NCBI GenBank assembly: GCA_045127455.1
Contig: JBGVQK010000074.1
Span: forward strand, 6,431 to 70,430
Reading direction: 5' to 3'
From: Eubacteriales bacterium
GTDB lineage: Bacteria > Bacillota > Clostridia > Oscillospirales > CAG-272
Length of the DNA: 64,000 bases
The notes beneath the pieces are model-generated. The model worked only from the letters and a program-made list of their open reading frames with translations, was not told where the DNA came from and did no database searches. The translations under genes were made by a program, and so were the position numbers. Shown piece after piece: positions 39,473 through 49,682 of the stretch (positions are counted from its first letter, which is position 1; every line of letters begins with the position of its first letter).

Positions 39473-41923
39473 TTATTTCTTTTCAAATACGATCTCTTCG
39501 CCAAGAACCGTTCCCAGAGCAGTGTCACCCGCCTTGAATTTGCCTTCCAAAAGGTCGCTCGAAAGTCTATCTTCCACAAGCCGCATAATGGTGCGGCGCA
39601 GGGGGCGTGCCCCCCAATTGGCATCAAAGCCCTTTTGGGCAAGCAGCTCTGCCACAGAGGGAGCAATGGAAAGAGAGATGCCAATGCTTTTGGAGCGTTC
39701 GATCACGTCGTTTAGCATCAAGCCCGCAATCTTTTCAATGTCGTCCTTGGAAAGACTGTTAAAAACGATGACCTCATCAATGCGGTTGAGAAATTCGGGC
39801 CGAAAGGTTGAACGCAAAGCGCGCATCATCTTTTCGCGGCGCTCATCCTCCTCGCTTGCGTGCGCATCGGATACAAACCCAAGCGTTTTTGAAGCCGATA
39901 GCTCTGCCGCTCCCACGTTTGAGGTGAGAATGATGATCGTGTTTTTAAAGTCGACCTGCCGCCCTTGCGAGTCGGTCAGGTGCCCATCCTCAAGCACCTG
40001 CAAAAGAATATTAAATACATCGGGATGTGCTTTTTCGATCTCATCAAAAAGAACGACAGAATAGGGCTTGCGACGGATCTTTTCTGTGAGTTGTCCGCCC
40101 TCGTCAAAGCCAACGTAGCCGGGCGGGGAGCCGATAAGCTTGGAAACACTGTGCTTTTCCATATATTCCGACATATCAAGGCGTATCATCGCATTCACGC
40201 TCCCAAACATGACCTCGGCAAGCGCACGCGCAAGCTCGGTCTTTCCAATACCCGTAGGCCCCATAAAAATAAAGGAACCGATCGGGCGGCGCGGGTCGCT
40301 CAAGCCGATTCGACCTCGCTGTATGGCTTTCGCAACGGCTGCTATGGCGTCGTTTTGCCCGATCACACGTGCCCGCAGGTGCTCCTCAAGGTGCAAGAGC
40401 CGCTCTTCTTCCTCGGTGAGCAGGTTGTGAACGGGGATCCCTGTCCAAAGCGTTACCACCTCGGCAATGTCACTCTTTTGCACCAAAAGCGTGTTTTCAT
40501 CCTGCGAGGTGCGCCAATGCGATTTTTCTTCCTCGATCTCTTTTTTTAGCGCTTGCTCCTTATCGCGCAGAGCCGCGGCATGCTCAAACTCCTGCGAAAG
40601 AATTGCTGATTCTTTTGCAAGGCACACCTGCTTGAGTTCTTCTTCCTTGGCCTTAATGCCGTCGGGAGAGGTATGCGCTCGAATACGCAGGCGAGATGCC
40701 GCCTCGTCAATAAGATCTATCGCCTTATCTGGCAGATAACGGTCGGCAATATAGCGAATGGAAAGCTCCACCGCTGCCTCGAGTGCCTCATCCGAAATTT
40801 TGAGCTTGTGATGCGCCTCGTATTTTTCGCGCAAGCCGCGCAGAATGTCCAGGGCATCCTCTGCCGACGGCTCACCCACGGTCACAGATTGAAAACGACG
40901 CTCAAGTGCCGCGTCCTTTTCGATATGACGGCGGTACTCCGAAATGGTGGTGGCACCGATCACCTGCAATTCACCGCGCGCCAGAGCGGGCTTGATGATG
41001 TTTGCGGCATCCACCGCTCCCTCTGCCGCACCGGCACCGATAATGGTGTGAATTTCGTCGATGAAGAGAATAATATTTGGGTTTTTGCGCACCTCTTCCA
41101 TTACGTTTTTAAAACGTTCCTCAAATTCACCGCGGTATTTTGCGCCTGCGATCATTGAGGCAATATCAAGCGTGACAACGGTTTTTTCCAAAAGATTTTC
41201 AGGGACGTCGCCTGCCACAATGCGGCTTGCAAGTCCTTCAACAACCGCGGTCTTGCCAACACCGGGCTCACCAATAAGGCAAGGATTGTTTTTTTGCCGC
41301 CGCGAGAGAATTTGGATCAGGCGCTCGGTCTCGCGCGCACGCCCAATAACGGGGTCGATCTTTCCGGCTGCAGCAAGCTCGCAAAGGTCACGCGCATAGC
41401 TCTTGAGCGTTTGGGTAGAGAGTAGGGCGCTGCTGCGCTGCCGTTCGGGGCTTTTTCCTTTGGCGGGAATGCTGCCATCAAGCGTTGGAGAAGCACCGAT
41501 ATAAGCGGAAAGGTCGTTTGAAAGCTCGCTGATGGAAATGTTAAAGCTCTCCAAAATACGCACGGCTACAGAATCCTGCTCGCGCAAGACGGAAAGCAGC
41601 AAATGCTCGGTTCCGATAAGCTCTTGACCGCACCTTTGGGCTTCCGTAAGGGATGCTTGAATAATGCTTTTTGTGCGCGGTGTCATATCGGTAGCGGAGA
41701 CCTCGCAGGGAACCCCCGCACCCGCCAAACGAATAATGGCGTTTTTTACCTTTTCGGCATCCACACCGCGGCTTTGCAAATAGTGTGCGGCAACACCGCT
41801 TTCCTCGCGGCAAAGACCGAGCAAAAGGTGCTCTGAGCCAATGTAGGTGTGACCCATTTGCGAGGCACTCGAAAGCGAAAAATTGAGCGCATTCTGTGCT
41901 TTTTGCGTAAATCTGTTTTTCAT
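39473..41923 (-). CDS. clpC: ATP-dependent Clp protease ATPase subunit ClpC
   Basis: Two Clp_N repeats ([16 protein letters not shown]), two AAA+ modules, UVR segment, LGF loop; follows mcsB. Confidence 0.96.
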   Translation of the reverse strand: MKNRFTQKAQNALNFSLSSASQMGHTYIGSEHLLLGLCREESGVAAHYLQSRGVDAEKVKNAIIRLAGAGVPCEVSATDMTPRTKSIIQASLTEAQRCGQELIGTEHLLLSVLREQDSVAVRILESFNISISELSNDLSAYIGASPTLDGSIPAKGKSPERQRSSALLSTQTLKSYARDLCELAAAGKIDPVIGRARETERLIQILSRRQKNNPCLIGEPGVGKTAVVEGLASRIVAGDVPENLLEKTVVTLDIASMIAGAKYRGEFEERFKNVMEEVRKNPNIILFIDEIHTIIGAGAAEGAVDAANIIKPALARGELQVIGATTISEYRRHIEKDAALERRFQSVTVGEPSAEDALDILRGLREKYEAHHKLKISDEALEAAVELSIRYIADRYLPDKAIDLIDEAASRLRIRAHTSPDGIKAKEEELKQVCLAKESAILSQEFEHAAALRDKEQALKKEIEEEKSHWRTSQDENTLLVQKSDIAEVVTLWTGIPVHNLLTEEEERLLHLEEHLRARVIGQNDAIAAVAKAIQRGRIGLSDPRRPIGSFIFMGPTGIGKTELARALAEVMFGSVNAMIRLDMSEYMEKHSVSKLIGSPPGYVGFDEGGQLTEKIRRKPYSVVLFDEIEKAHPDVFNILLQVLEDGHLTDSQGRQVDFKNTIIILTSNVGAAELSASKTLGFVSDAHASEEDERREKMMRALRSTFRPEFLNRIDEVIVFNSLSKDDIEKIAGLMLNDVIERSKSIGISLSIAPSVAELLAQKGFDANWGARPLRRTIMRLVEDRLSSDLLEGKFKAGDTALGTVLGEEIVFEKK

Positions 41924-41943
41924 TCCGTATCCTTTCTGTCCCT

Positions 41944-42963
41944 TTATCCGTTTGCGGCATCAAGCACCGCTTTGATGCGTGCGGCACGTAGCTTGTCACG
42001 CGCAGCCTCACCCTTGGGGGTGCTTTCCGACGAGAGCGTCAACGTGGCGGGCATTGCCTCAACCAAGAGCGTTCCAAGTTGCTCATATTTGACGTCCTCA
42101 ACAAGCCCCAACGAAATTCCGAGGCGCACGTCGCAAAAGAACTTGATAAATTCTTCGGTGCTGATCATATAAGCATATTTTAGTATTCCCACGCTTCGCG
42201 CGACTCTATCCGTAAGCGCCTCAAGTGCGTCCTCTTGAATGTTCTTTCGCGCTTGCATTTCGCTTTCGTGGATCTGCCGAACCGCCTCAGTCAACTTGCC
42301 GAGAATTTCACTCTCGCTTATGCCGAGCGTGATTTGATTGGAGATCTGATACATACATCCCGCGCTGCCGCTACCTTCACCAAAAATTCCGCGCATGGCA
42401 AGTCCCAATTTTGCAAGCTGTGCCGCAAGCGAGGGCATATAACCGCCACGCGAGAGAGCGGGCAGAAACATCATAACCGAGGCGCGCATACCCGTGCCGA
42501 GATTGGTGGGGCAGTGGGTAAGGTACCCGAGAGTGTCGCTGTAAGCAAAATCAAAATCGGCATCCAGCTTTTTTTCAATGGCAGAGGCATTTTTGTAGGC
42601 TTCCTCTAAAGAAAGTCCCGAAAGAATGGATTGAATACGTAAATGATCCTCTTCGCACAGCATGATCGCAGTTCCGTTTGCCTCTTGCAAAAGGAGCGTG
42701 TGCGGTGTTTCCATAGTTGCAAACTCGGGGCTGACGTAGTGGCGCTCGACGTAAGAGGTCGCCATCACAGGTGAAATATCCGAAAAATTGATGCGTCTGT
42801 GACCTGCACTCTCCAAAGGAGCCGAAATTTTTTCAATGATCTCATTTGCTCCGTTTGCGTCAAGTCGGGAGGGGAAGGGGTACCCCTTTATGTTCCTTGC
42901 AATGCGCACGCGCGAGCTGATCACCGTATCGCAAAGCGCACCCGTTGTGTTATACCAAGCCAT
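41944..42963 (-). CDS. mcsB: Protein-arginine kinase McsB
   Basis: SSRVRIARN, EEDHLRIQ, CPTNLGTGMRAS, YQISNQ. Confidence 0.95.
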   Translation of the reverse strand: MAWYNTTGALCDTVISSRVRIARNIKGYPFPSRLDANGANEIIEKISAPLESAGHRRINFSDISPVMATSYVERHYVSPEFATMETPHTLLLQEANGTAIMLCEEDHLRIQSILSGLSLEEAYKNASAIEKKLDADFDFAYSDTLGYLTHCPTNLGTGMRASVMMFLPALSRGGYMPSLAAQLAKLGLAMRGIFGEGSGSAGCMYQISNQITLGISESEILGKLTEAVRQIHESEMQARKNIQEDALEALTDRVARSVGILKYAYMISTEEFIKFFCDVRLGISLGLVEDVKYEQLGTLLVEAMPATLTLSSESTPKGEAARDKLRAARIKAVLDAANG

Positions 42964-43505
42964 TATGCTTCACACTCCTTTCCCTTATTTTCTTCCAAAT
43001 TTTTAATTTCGTCACGCAAAGAGGCAGCCAATTCAAAGTTTTCCTTGCCAATAGCCTCTTGCATCTGTCGGCGCAGCACCTTGAGGCGTTCTGCCTTGGC
43101 GCGTCTTGCGCGATGACGGGCAGGAACGGCACCCGTATGCGACGTCGCTCCGTGCACGGTATGGAGCGTGGGTGCCAGCTCATCCGCAAAGATGCGATAG
43201 CAGGATGGGCACCCGACACGTCCGCTTCCTCGAATGCGCGCGAACGTAGAGCCGCAGTCGGGGCATTTTTTACCGCTGACGGATGGGTGCGCACCCATTC
43301 CAAAAAATCCACCAAAGAGATTGTCGTGCAGATCGCAAAAGGGATCGGCAAAGCTGCCAAGCATTGACGTAATATCCCCAATGTCTCCTTTTTCGTGCAA
43401 TTTTGCGGCACATTCACCGCAAAGAGAATAAGATCGCACCTTTCCATTCAAGTTTTCGTTATAAAAGACGGTAGCCGTCCTTTTTTTGCATTTTTCGCAA
43501 AGCAA
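42963..43505 (-). CDS. mcsA: McsA (Zn-finger/UVR) protein
   Basis: Four CxxC motifs, HG...H.G..P, ENFELAASLRDEIK. Confidence 0.93.
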   Translation of the reverse strand: MLCEKCKKRTATVFYNENLNGKVRSYSLCGECAAKLHEKGDIGDITSMLGSFADPFCDLHDNLFGGFFGMGAHPSVSGKKCPDCGSTFARIRGSGRVGCPSCYRIFADELAPTLHTVHGATSHTGAVPARHRARRAKAERLKVLRRQMQEAIGKENFELAASLRDEIKNLEENKGKECEA

Positions 43506-43640
43506 TACTATCATTCCTTTCTTTTCGGGCAGTCCTCGCTATCCCTTTTTGTATTATTATAGAACTTTTCTTTCGAGAAATTTGTCAAAATTTGAGCGGA
43601 AAGTAAAAATATTTGACGTTTTAGCATAATTTAAAAAAGA

Positions 43641-43685
43641 TATTGACAAATACGCAAAAATATGCTATTCTGTAAATGTAGCAAA
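43641..43685 (+). promoter_or_regulatory. Lipoprotein B promoter; inverted copy of 39370-39414
   Basis: TTGACA-17-TATTCT. Confidence 0.85.
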
Positions 43686-43708
43686 TAACAAACGGAGGTG
43701 ACATACCA

Positions 43709-43795
43709 ATGAACCACAATGCACAAACGCAGTTCAGCCTTATGCCACTACCGAAAAGGACAACACAAAATCGTCATTTAAGAGCGCAAAGGTAG
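43709..43795 (+). CDS. Putative 28-aa leader peptide MNHNAQTQFSLMPLPKRTTQNRHLRAQR
   Basis: Strong GGAGGTGA RBS; stop codon lies inside the downstream terminator stem. Confidence 0.55.
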   Translation: MNHNAQTQFSLMPLPKRTTQNRHLRAQR

Positions 43796-43826
43796 AGCTG
43801 TAATAGCCTATTTGTGCGCTCTTTTT
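43780..43826 (+). terminator. Leader terminator upstream of lipoprotein B
   Basis: AAGAGCGCA..TGCGCTCTT followed by TTT. Confidence 0.78.
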
Positions 43827-43858
43827 GATTTTACAAAAATTCAACGTTAGGAGTTGCT

Positions 43859-44818
43859 ATGAAAAAACTGATTTTGCTTATTTTAGTCTGCTCGCTTTTG
43901 TTGCTGACAGTAACAAGCTGTTTGCAAAATAACAAAAACGAGCAAACGACACCGCAAAATACGACAGAGGAAACCACGCCCAATGAAACCTCCACGAATG
44001 CAATAGAGCTGAAACCTGCTCCAAACACACCAACTTTGACGGGCGTGTTAGATAAAAGCAGCGAACTCATTGTGACACTACGTACTTATTTGAAGAGATA
44101 CTCCCACAGCATAAGGAGTTTTGATGATATTGTAATAATTACAAACAACACCTTTGCCTCAAAAATCAACAGTATTAAAAACGGTACTCGCCCCATACAC
44201 GTTGCTTTTGACGTCGACAACGACTATTTTGTATGCGGATATTTTAATCCTGCGGACGGACATACCGAAACTCGAAATTGTTGCTGTGATGAGTATACTT
44301 GGATAGGGTATCAAAACGAAAATGAAATTCGGGAATACCTTAACGATATGAAGTGCATTGTAGCGTTTCAAATAAACAAAGCGCTAACCGTAACCGACCT
44401 GCTTGATGCAGATGCTGATGCTCCCAATATGGAGCATTTCCAAATCTACAAACCAACGTTTGAAAACGGAATCAATATAGGTGCACCCATTACTTTTGGT
44501 GAAACCTTTATTTATTTAGACGAACCAAGTAAGGATACAATATACTATTCCATTTCCTCGAGTGACCACAAAAACAAAACGATTTCTTGTATGCGTTATG
44601 AAGGAAAATATTATCTTTCGTTTCATTTGCACACGATATACGACAACGGCAACCGTGATGAAGGCATAAACGTTGCAGTTTCCTTTGGTGAATATTATAC
44701 TGCTATTGTAAGTGTAATGAAAGAGGTCGAATACGACCTAACAGGTTCTTCTAAAGGAACAAGCGTTTATGGGCTAATATCGTTTGAAGATTTTGTGAAT
44801 GAGATTGTTAAACGATGA
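43859..44818 (+). CDS. Lipoprotein B of unknown function (paralog of 38337-39347)
   Basis: Near-identical signal and lipobox VTSC, Thr-rich linker, shared motifs; AT-rich. Confidence 0.85.
   Translation: MKKLILLILVCSLLLLTVTSCLQNNKNEQTTPQNTTEETTPNETSTNAIELKPAPNTPTLTGVLDKSSELIVTLRTYLKRYSHSIRSFDDIVIITNNTFASKINSIKNGTRPIHVAFDVDNDYFVCGYFNPADGHTETRNCCCDEYTWIGYQNENEIREYLNDMKCIVAFQINKALTVTDLLDADADAPNMEHFQIYKPTFENGINIGAPITFGETFIYLDEPSKDTIYYSISSSDHKNKTISCMRYEGKYYLSFHLHTIYDNGNRDEGINVAVSFGEYYTAIVSVMKEVEYDLTGSSKGTSVYGLISFEDFVNEIVKR
43880..43957. repeat. 78-bp inverted repeat, right copy
   Basis: Reverse complement of 39249-39326 with 1 mismatch. Confidence 0.92.
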
Positions 44819-44877
44819 AAGGCTGCAATTCTATCACCCCGAGGACGTTCCCGTAACGCAATAACAATTTCTTTTCT

Positions 44878-44906
44878 TGGATGCCACCTCGGTGGCATCC
44901 TTTTTG
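44878..44906 (+). terminator. Terminator of lipoprotein B
   Basis: GGATGCCAC-CTCG-GTGGCATCC-TTTTT. Confidence 0.85.
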
Positions 44907-44996
44907 TTTCCAAAAACTTGACATTTCCTCATTTTCGTGGTATACTATACTGTAATGCTGTAAAAATTCGCCTGTGATGGCAGAAAGGAGACGCAA

Positions 44997-46739
44997 ATGG
45001 CAACAAAGAGCAAAAAAAGCGAGCTTTACGCGCATCTTGAGCGCATCAACTCGCCCACAGACCTCAAAAATATGCCCCGAGAGGAGATCCCTCTTCTTGC
45101 TGACGAGATCCGCTCATTCCTGATTGAACGAGTACAAGAAAACGGCGGACACCTTGCATCCAATCTTGGCGCGGTTGAAGCAACGCTTGCCATTCATCGC
45201 GTCTTTTCCTCTCCCAATGACCATATCATTTTCGACGTCGGTCACCAAAGCTATACACACAAGCTCATCACTGGTCGGCGCGAGGAATTCGGCACGCTCC
45301 GCAAGGGGGGCGGTGTCAGCGGCTTTCCAAAGCGCAGTGAAAGCCTGCACGATGCTTTTGGAACAGGGCATAGCTCCACGTCTCTTTCGGCTGCCCTCGG
45401 CTTTGCCGAAGCGGATCGCTTGAGTGCCTCTGATGCTTGGACCGTTTGTTTGTTTGGCGACGGTGCCTTTACGGGTGGAATGATCCACGAGGCACTTAAC
45501 AACGGCCGCAAGGATTTGCGCCTTGTTATAATCTTGAACGAAAACGATGCGTCCGCCTCTCAAAACGTCAAAGAGCTGGTGGATTCTTATCATATCTTTT
45601 CTTATTTCGGTCCCATTGACGGAAACGACGAATATGCCGTTGAGGAGCTTCTTGCAAAAGCCAAAGCAACAAAAAAAGCTTGCTTTGTCCATCTCAAAAC
45701 CCAAAAAGGCAAGGGTTATCTTCCTGCAGAGGAGCACCCCGACCGTTATCACGCTCTGCATCCCGCAGGAACCGAGCAACATGCCACCAACTGCTTTTCC
45801 GAGGAAATGGGCACGCACTTGACCGAGCTTGCAAATGCCGACAAGTGCATTTGTGCCATTACCGCGGCAATGACATCGGGCACGGGGCTTTCTGTTTTCC
45901 AATCGACCCATCCCGAACGCTTTTTTGACGTTGGCATTGCCGAATCTCACGCCACAACCTTTGCCGCAGGGCTTGCCGCAAACGGCTATCGCCCCGTGGT
46001 TGCTATTTATTCCAGCTTTTTGCAACGCGCCTATGACAATATCATTCACGACGTAGCTCTGCAAAATTTGCCCGTTGTTTTTTGCGTTGACCGCGCAGGT
46101 CTCAATGCTGCCGACGGACCCACGCACCACGGCATTTTTGACGTTGCATTTCTCTCTGAGATTCCAAATCTCAGCATCTATACGCCCATCACAAACGAAG
46201 CTCTGTGCTCGGTAATGGACGAGGCACTTGCCGCAGGCACGCCTGCCGCTATTCGTTACCCCAACGGATATGAAGAAAAAGCGGTGCAAGAGACCTTCTA
46301 TTCACCCTATGCAAGCGTTTCGGGGCGCGTGCGCGCCGATTACGGTGTAAATGATGCCGAAAGCTTAGATGCTGTCATCATTACGCACGGTCGCATCACA
46401 ACCGAAGCGATCAAGGCAAAAGTAGCTTTGAAGGAGCAGGGCAAGAAGGTTGGTATTCTTCTGCTTGAGCAGATCAAACCGTATGCAAAAATTGCAAATG
46501 ACGTTGCAAAGCTGCTCCCAAAAACGCCTTGTCGTATTCTTTTCCTTGAGGAAGAGATCCGCACGGGCGGCATGGGAATGAATCTTTCTGCCGCACTTTC
46601 GGGCTATGAGACAATGCAAAACAAGCGCGTTACCATCAAAGCTTTAAGCGATCATTTTGCAATTCAAACACAGGACGAGCCCATTTGGAAGAGCTTTGAC
46701 CTTGATTGTGATAGCATTGTGCGTGATATTTTGTGCTGA
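44997..46739 (+). CDS. dxs: 1-deoxy-D-xylulose-5-phosphate synthase (internally shortened)
   Basis: GHLASNLG, DVGHQ, GHSSTS, GDGA..EALN, DVGIAE, DGPTHHG; TTGACA-17-TATACT promoter at 44918. Confidence 0.93.
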   Translation: MATKSKKSELYAHLERINSPTDLKNMPREEIPLLADEIRSFLIERVQENGGHLASNLGAVEATLAIHRVFSSPNDHIIFDVGHQSYTHKLITGRREEFGTLRKGGGVSGFPKRSESLHDAFGTGHSSTSLSAALGFAEADRLSASDAWTVCLFGDGAFTGGMIHEALNNGRKDLRLVIILNENDASASQNVKELVDSYHIFSYFGPIDGNDEYAVEELLAKAKATKKACFVHLKTQKGKGYLPAEEHPDRYHALHPAGTEQHATNCFSEEMGTHLTELANADKCICAITAAMTSGTGLSVFQSTHPERFFDVGIAESHATTFAAGLAANGYRPVVAIYSSFLQRAYDNIIHDVALQNLPVVFCVDRAGLNAADGPTHHGIFDVAFLSEIPNLSIYTPITNEALCSVMDEALAAGTPAAIRYPNGYEEKAVQETFYSPYASVSGRVRADYGVNDAESLDAVIITHGRITTEAIKAKVALKEQGKKVGILLLEQIKPYAKIANDVAKLLPKTPCRILFLEEEIRTGGMGMNLSAALSGYETMQNKRVTIKALSDHFAIQTQDEPIWKSFDLDCDSIVRDILC

Positions 46740-46858
46740 CAGTATAACAGAGAAAAAATATTCACAAAAAAATCAAAATTTTATAATTGACAATCCCGTG
46801 ATTATGTGATATAATTTGTATAGAGAAAATTATACTGATATAAATATGGAGGAAAATT

Positions 46859-47437
46859 ATGAAACTGCATTTTTTGGATGAATATATTCCCGGCACAAAG
46901 CTAAAAAAAGCAGAAATGGAGAACTTGACAGGTCTTGCATTTCTCAAAAAGGTATTTTTTGTTAGCGAGGGCGTAATGCTGACGCAAATTCGCGATATTT
47001 CCGGCATTGATAGCTCCACTCTGCAAAACTGGACCAAGCGCGGCTGGGTTGCAAACGCAAGACTCAAAAAGTACAATATGGACCAAGTTGCGCACATTCT
47101 TATCATCAATATGCTGCGTTCTTGCATGCAGCTCGAGCACATCGCATTCCTTATTCACTACATCAACGGTAGCGTAGAGGATAGAAGCGACGATATCATT
47201 ACCGATTCTCAGCTTTACGACTATATCTGCCGTATTCTCGAGCATATCATCAATACCGGTGATTGCTCGCTCGAAGAAATTGCAGATTGCGTTGCAAATA
47301 TCACCGAGGATTACGTTGAGCCCGTAGACGGCGCACGCGAACGTCTCAACCGCGCTCTTGAAATCATTGTGGTTACTTACTATTCCACACTCCTCAAGCG
47401 TCGCGCAACCACGCTCCTTGAAAATCTCGGAGCATAA
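46859..47437 (+). CDS. DUF1836-like protein (MerR-type HTH)
   Basis: STLQNWTKRGWV..KKY...QVAHILII..L; TTGACA-17-TATAAT at 46786. Confidence 0.72.
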   Translation: MKLHFLDEYIPGTKLKKAEMENLTGLAFLKKVFFVSEGVMLTQIRDISGIDSSTLQNWTKRGWVANARLKKYNMDQVAHILIINMLRSCMQLEHIAFLIHYINGSVEDRSDDIITDSQLYDYICRILEHIINTGDCSLEEIADCVANITEDYVEPVDGARERLNRALEIIVVTYYSTLLKRRATTLLENLGA

Positions 47438-47438
47438 T

Positions 47439-47475
47439 AAAAAAGAGACCTTTCCGATGGGAAAGGTCTCTTTTT
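47439..47475. terminator. Bidirectional terminator
   Basis: AAAAAAGAGACCTTTCC..GGAAAGGTCTCTTTTT. Confidence 0.9.
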
Positions 47476-47481
47476 GCCGTT

Positions 47482-48393
47482 TTATTCAATTACAAACATC
47501 TTAATCGCTTTCACGGCAACGCCTTCGCGGAATTCGCCAACCTCGCCAAGCGCGAAGAAAGCACCATTTGCATTGCAAAGAGCCACACGCGTGCCAAGAG
47601 GCAAAGAAATGCCCAATTTCTTTAAATAGATCTCGCAACCGCTGCGCGAGAGCTTTTCAAAGAAAGCCGAGAGGCGGATCTCGGGTAGATTTGAAAAAAG
47701 CTTTTCGGTAGGAATGAGCAATTCCAAACGCTCGTCGGGGGTCATTGCATCAAGCTCTTCTGTGGTGTGTGCTTGTGAGAGGTCAAAGCCGCATGCTTCA
47801 CCGCGCTCAAGTGATGCCATCGCACCGCCGCAGCCAAGAGCCGCACCAATATCGGCACAAAGTGTGCGAATATACGTACCACCCGAGCAATGTACGTCAA
47901 GAACGTACTCACATGTATTGTCGGTAGGCGTTGCTTCAAGCGAAAAGATCTCAATTTCGCGTGCCGCGCGCTCAACCACTTCACCGCGACGTGCGAGGTC
48001 AACCAACTTTTGACCGTCCACCTTCAGCGCACTGTACATAGGTGGTGTTTGCAGGATCTTGCCGCGAAAGCGGGGAAGGACCGCTTGCAATTCTTCATTC
48101 GTTGGAATATTCTCTGAGGTCGAAAGCACCGTACCCGTGGTATCCTCGGTGTCTGTTGTAAGACCAAGTCGCAGAATTGCGCGATAATGCTTGGCATCAT
48201 GCGAGAGATACTCCGAAGCCTTTGCTGCGCGACCGATAAGCACCACGAGCACACCCGTAGCCATTGGGTCAAGCGTGCCTGAGTGTCCCACACGACGCGT
48301 ATTGTAAAGACGGCGCACAACTCCCACAATGTGATGGGAGGTCACGCCTGCGTGCTTGTTTACAATGAGCACGCCGTTGGGTTCTTGTGTCAT
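47482..48393 (-). CDS. truB: tRNA pseudouridine(55) synthase
   Basis: VGHSGTLDPMATGVL, PPMYSALK, GTYIRTL. Confidence 0.97.
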   Translation of the reverse strand: MTQEPNGVLIVNKHAGVTSHHIVGVVRRLYNTRRVGHSGTLDPMATGVLVVLIGRAAKASEYLSHDAKHYRAILRLGLTTDTEDTTGTVLSTSENIPTNEELQAVLPRFRGKILQTPPMYSALKVDGQKLVDLARRGEVVERAAREIEIFSLEATPTDNTCEYVLDVHCSGGTYIRTLCADIGAALGCGGAMASLERGEACGFDLSQAHTTEELDAMTPDERLELLIPTEKLFSNLPEIRLSAFFEKLSRSGCEIYLKKLGISLPLGTRVALCNANGAFFALGEVGEFREGVAVKAIKMFVIE

Positions 48394-48409
48394 AGCCAAT
48401 TCCTTTCCT

Positions 48410-48988
48410 TTATTTTTGAATCAAAATGTTTTCAAGCTTGCGCTTTTGCACGTAATGAATGCCGCCCTCGCGATAGTAGGTCACACTTCCGTCATCGGCT
48501 TCATCAACAAGCTCCACGCGCTCATAGGGCTTGCCGAGAGCCAAAACGAGCTTGGGAACAAGATTTTCGTCAAGCTCCAAAATTTCCTTTACTTCGTCGG
48601 GAGAAAACGAACCGATCATACAACCGCCAAAGCCGGCTTCAGAGGCGGCGAGCATAATGGTCTGGGCGCAAATACCAACGTCCTTATCAAAGCCTTCCGC
48701 CGTGGAAATAACGCTCTTATCAGCGCAAATAACGATATAAGCCACAGGTGCGTGTCCATCGGGCGGCAATTTCATATCCTTGATCTTTCCCGCCCAACGC
48801 GTACCGCCAAGCAGACGTGCACAAAGGGAAGAGTCGGTTACGACACAGAACTTGAGCATTTGCAAATTGATGGAGGAGGGCGCATAGCGCGTGCAGTCCA
48901 CCCAATCGGCAAGCCGTTCGGGAGAGATCTTTACACTCTCGTCAAAGCTGCGATAGCTACGAGAGGATTTGAGTAAATTTTTCAGCAT
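48410..48988 (-). CDS. Nitroreductase family protein
   Basis: RSYRSF, APSSINLQ, DVGICAQ, LGKP. Confidence 0.88.
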   Translation of the reverse strand: MLKNLLKSSRSYRSFDESVKISPERLADWVDCTRYAPSSINLQMLKFCVVTDSSLCARLLGGTRWAGKIKDMKLPPDGHAPVAYIVICADKSVISTAEGFDKDVGICAQTIMLAASEAGFGGCMIGSFSPDEVKEILELDENLVPKLVLALGKPYERVELVDEADDGSVTYYREGGIHYVQKRKLENILIQK

Positions 48989-48997
48989 TGTATCACC

Positions 48998-49645
48998 TCA
49001 AAAACGGACACGTGCCGAATAAATGACTTGTCCAAGCTCCGAGAAATGGCGTTCGTACTCGGTCATCACATTCTCGGCAGCCGCCTCGGATGCGTGCAGA
49101 TCGCGTGTTTGCCACTCGATGGTCAGTCCCATTGCTTCAAACTCTTCCAAGCTGAAATCAAACAAGCCTTCGTTGTCGGTTTTCAAAATCAAAAGACCGT
49201 GCTCACAGAGCAGTGAACGGTAAAGCTCAAGGAAGCCGCGGTGTGTTAAGCGACGCTTTGCATATCCCTTTTTGGGCCAAGGATCGCTGAAATTGAGATA
49301 GATGCGATCAAAGGAGTGGGGCAGGAAATATTCGGTAAGATTGCGCGCGTCTCCAATGAGGAAACGCAGATTGTCGGGGCGAGAGTCTTTTGCCGCCATT
49401 GCCTTTTCAAGTGCAAGACAAGCCACGTCGGGAACGCGTTCCATTGCGATAAAGTTGAGGTTTTGATGCTTTGCCGACATTCCAACGGCAAAGTCGCCCT
49501 TGCCGCAACCGATCTCAAGGCACACAGGGCGCTCGTCAGCAAAAAACGATTGCGGATGTGCCGCAGGTTCAATCGGTGCGGGGATTAAAATTTCGGAGCA
49601 CGCGGCGATTCTTTCAGCACCGTGCTTTTTTCTTCTCATTCTCAT
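48998..49645 (-). CDS. trmB: tRNA (guanine-N7)-methyltransferase
   Basis: LEIGCGKG, NFSDPWPK, KTDN, TEYE. Confidence 0.96.
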   Translation of the reverse strand: MRMRRKKHGAERIAACSEILIPAPIEPAAHPQSFFADERPVCLEIGCGKGDFAVGMSAKHQNLNFIAMERVPDVACLALEKAMAAKDSRPDNLRFLIGDARNLTEYFLPHSFDRIYLNFSDPWPKKGYAKRRLTHRGFLELYRSLLCEHGLLILKTDNEGLFDFSLEEFEAMGLTIEWQTRDLHASEAAAENVMTEYERHFSELGQVIYSARVRF

Positions 49646-49682
49646 AGTTATGTTTCCTTATGTTTCGAAAATATCGTTTGTA

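Noticed and set aside
43582-43618. CtsR box upstream of mcsA
   Set aside because: Only degenerate GTCAAA-like heptads with several mismatches.
38337-44818. Composite transposon or IS around clpC
   Set aside because: No transposase or target-site duplication seen; the repeats are promoter and signal-peptide sequences.
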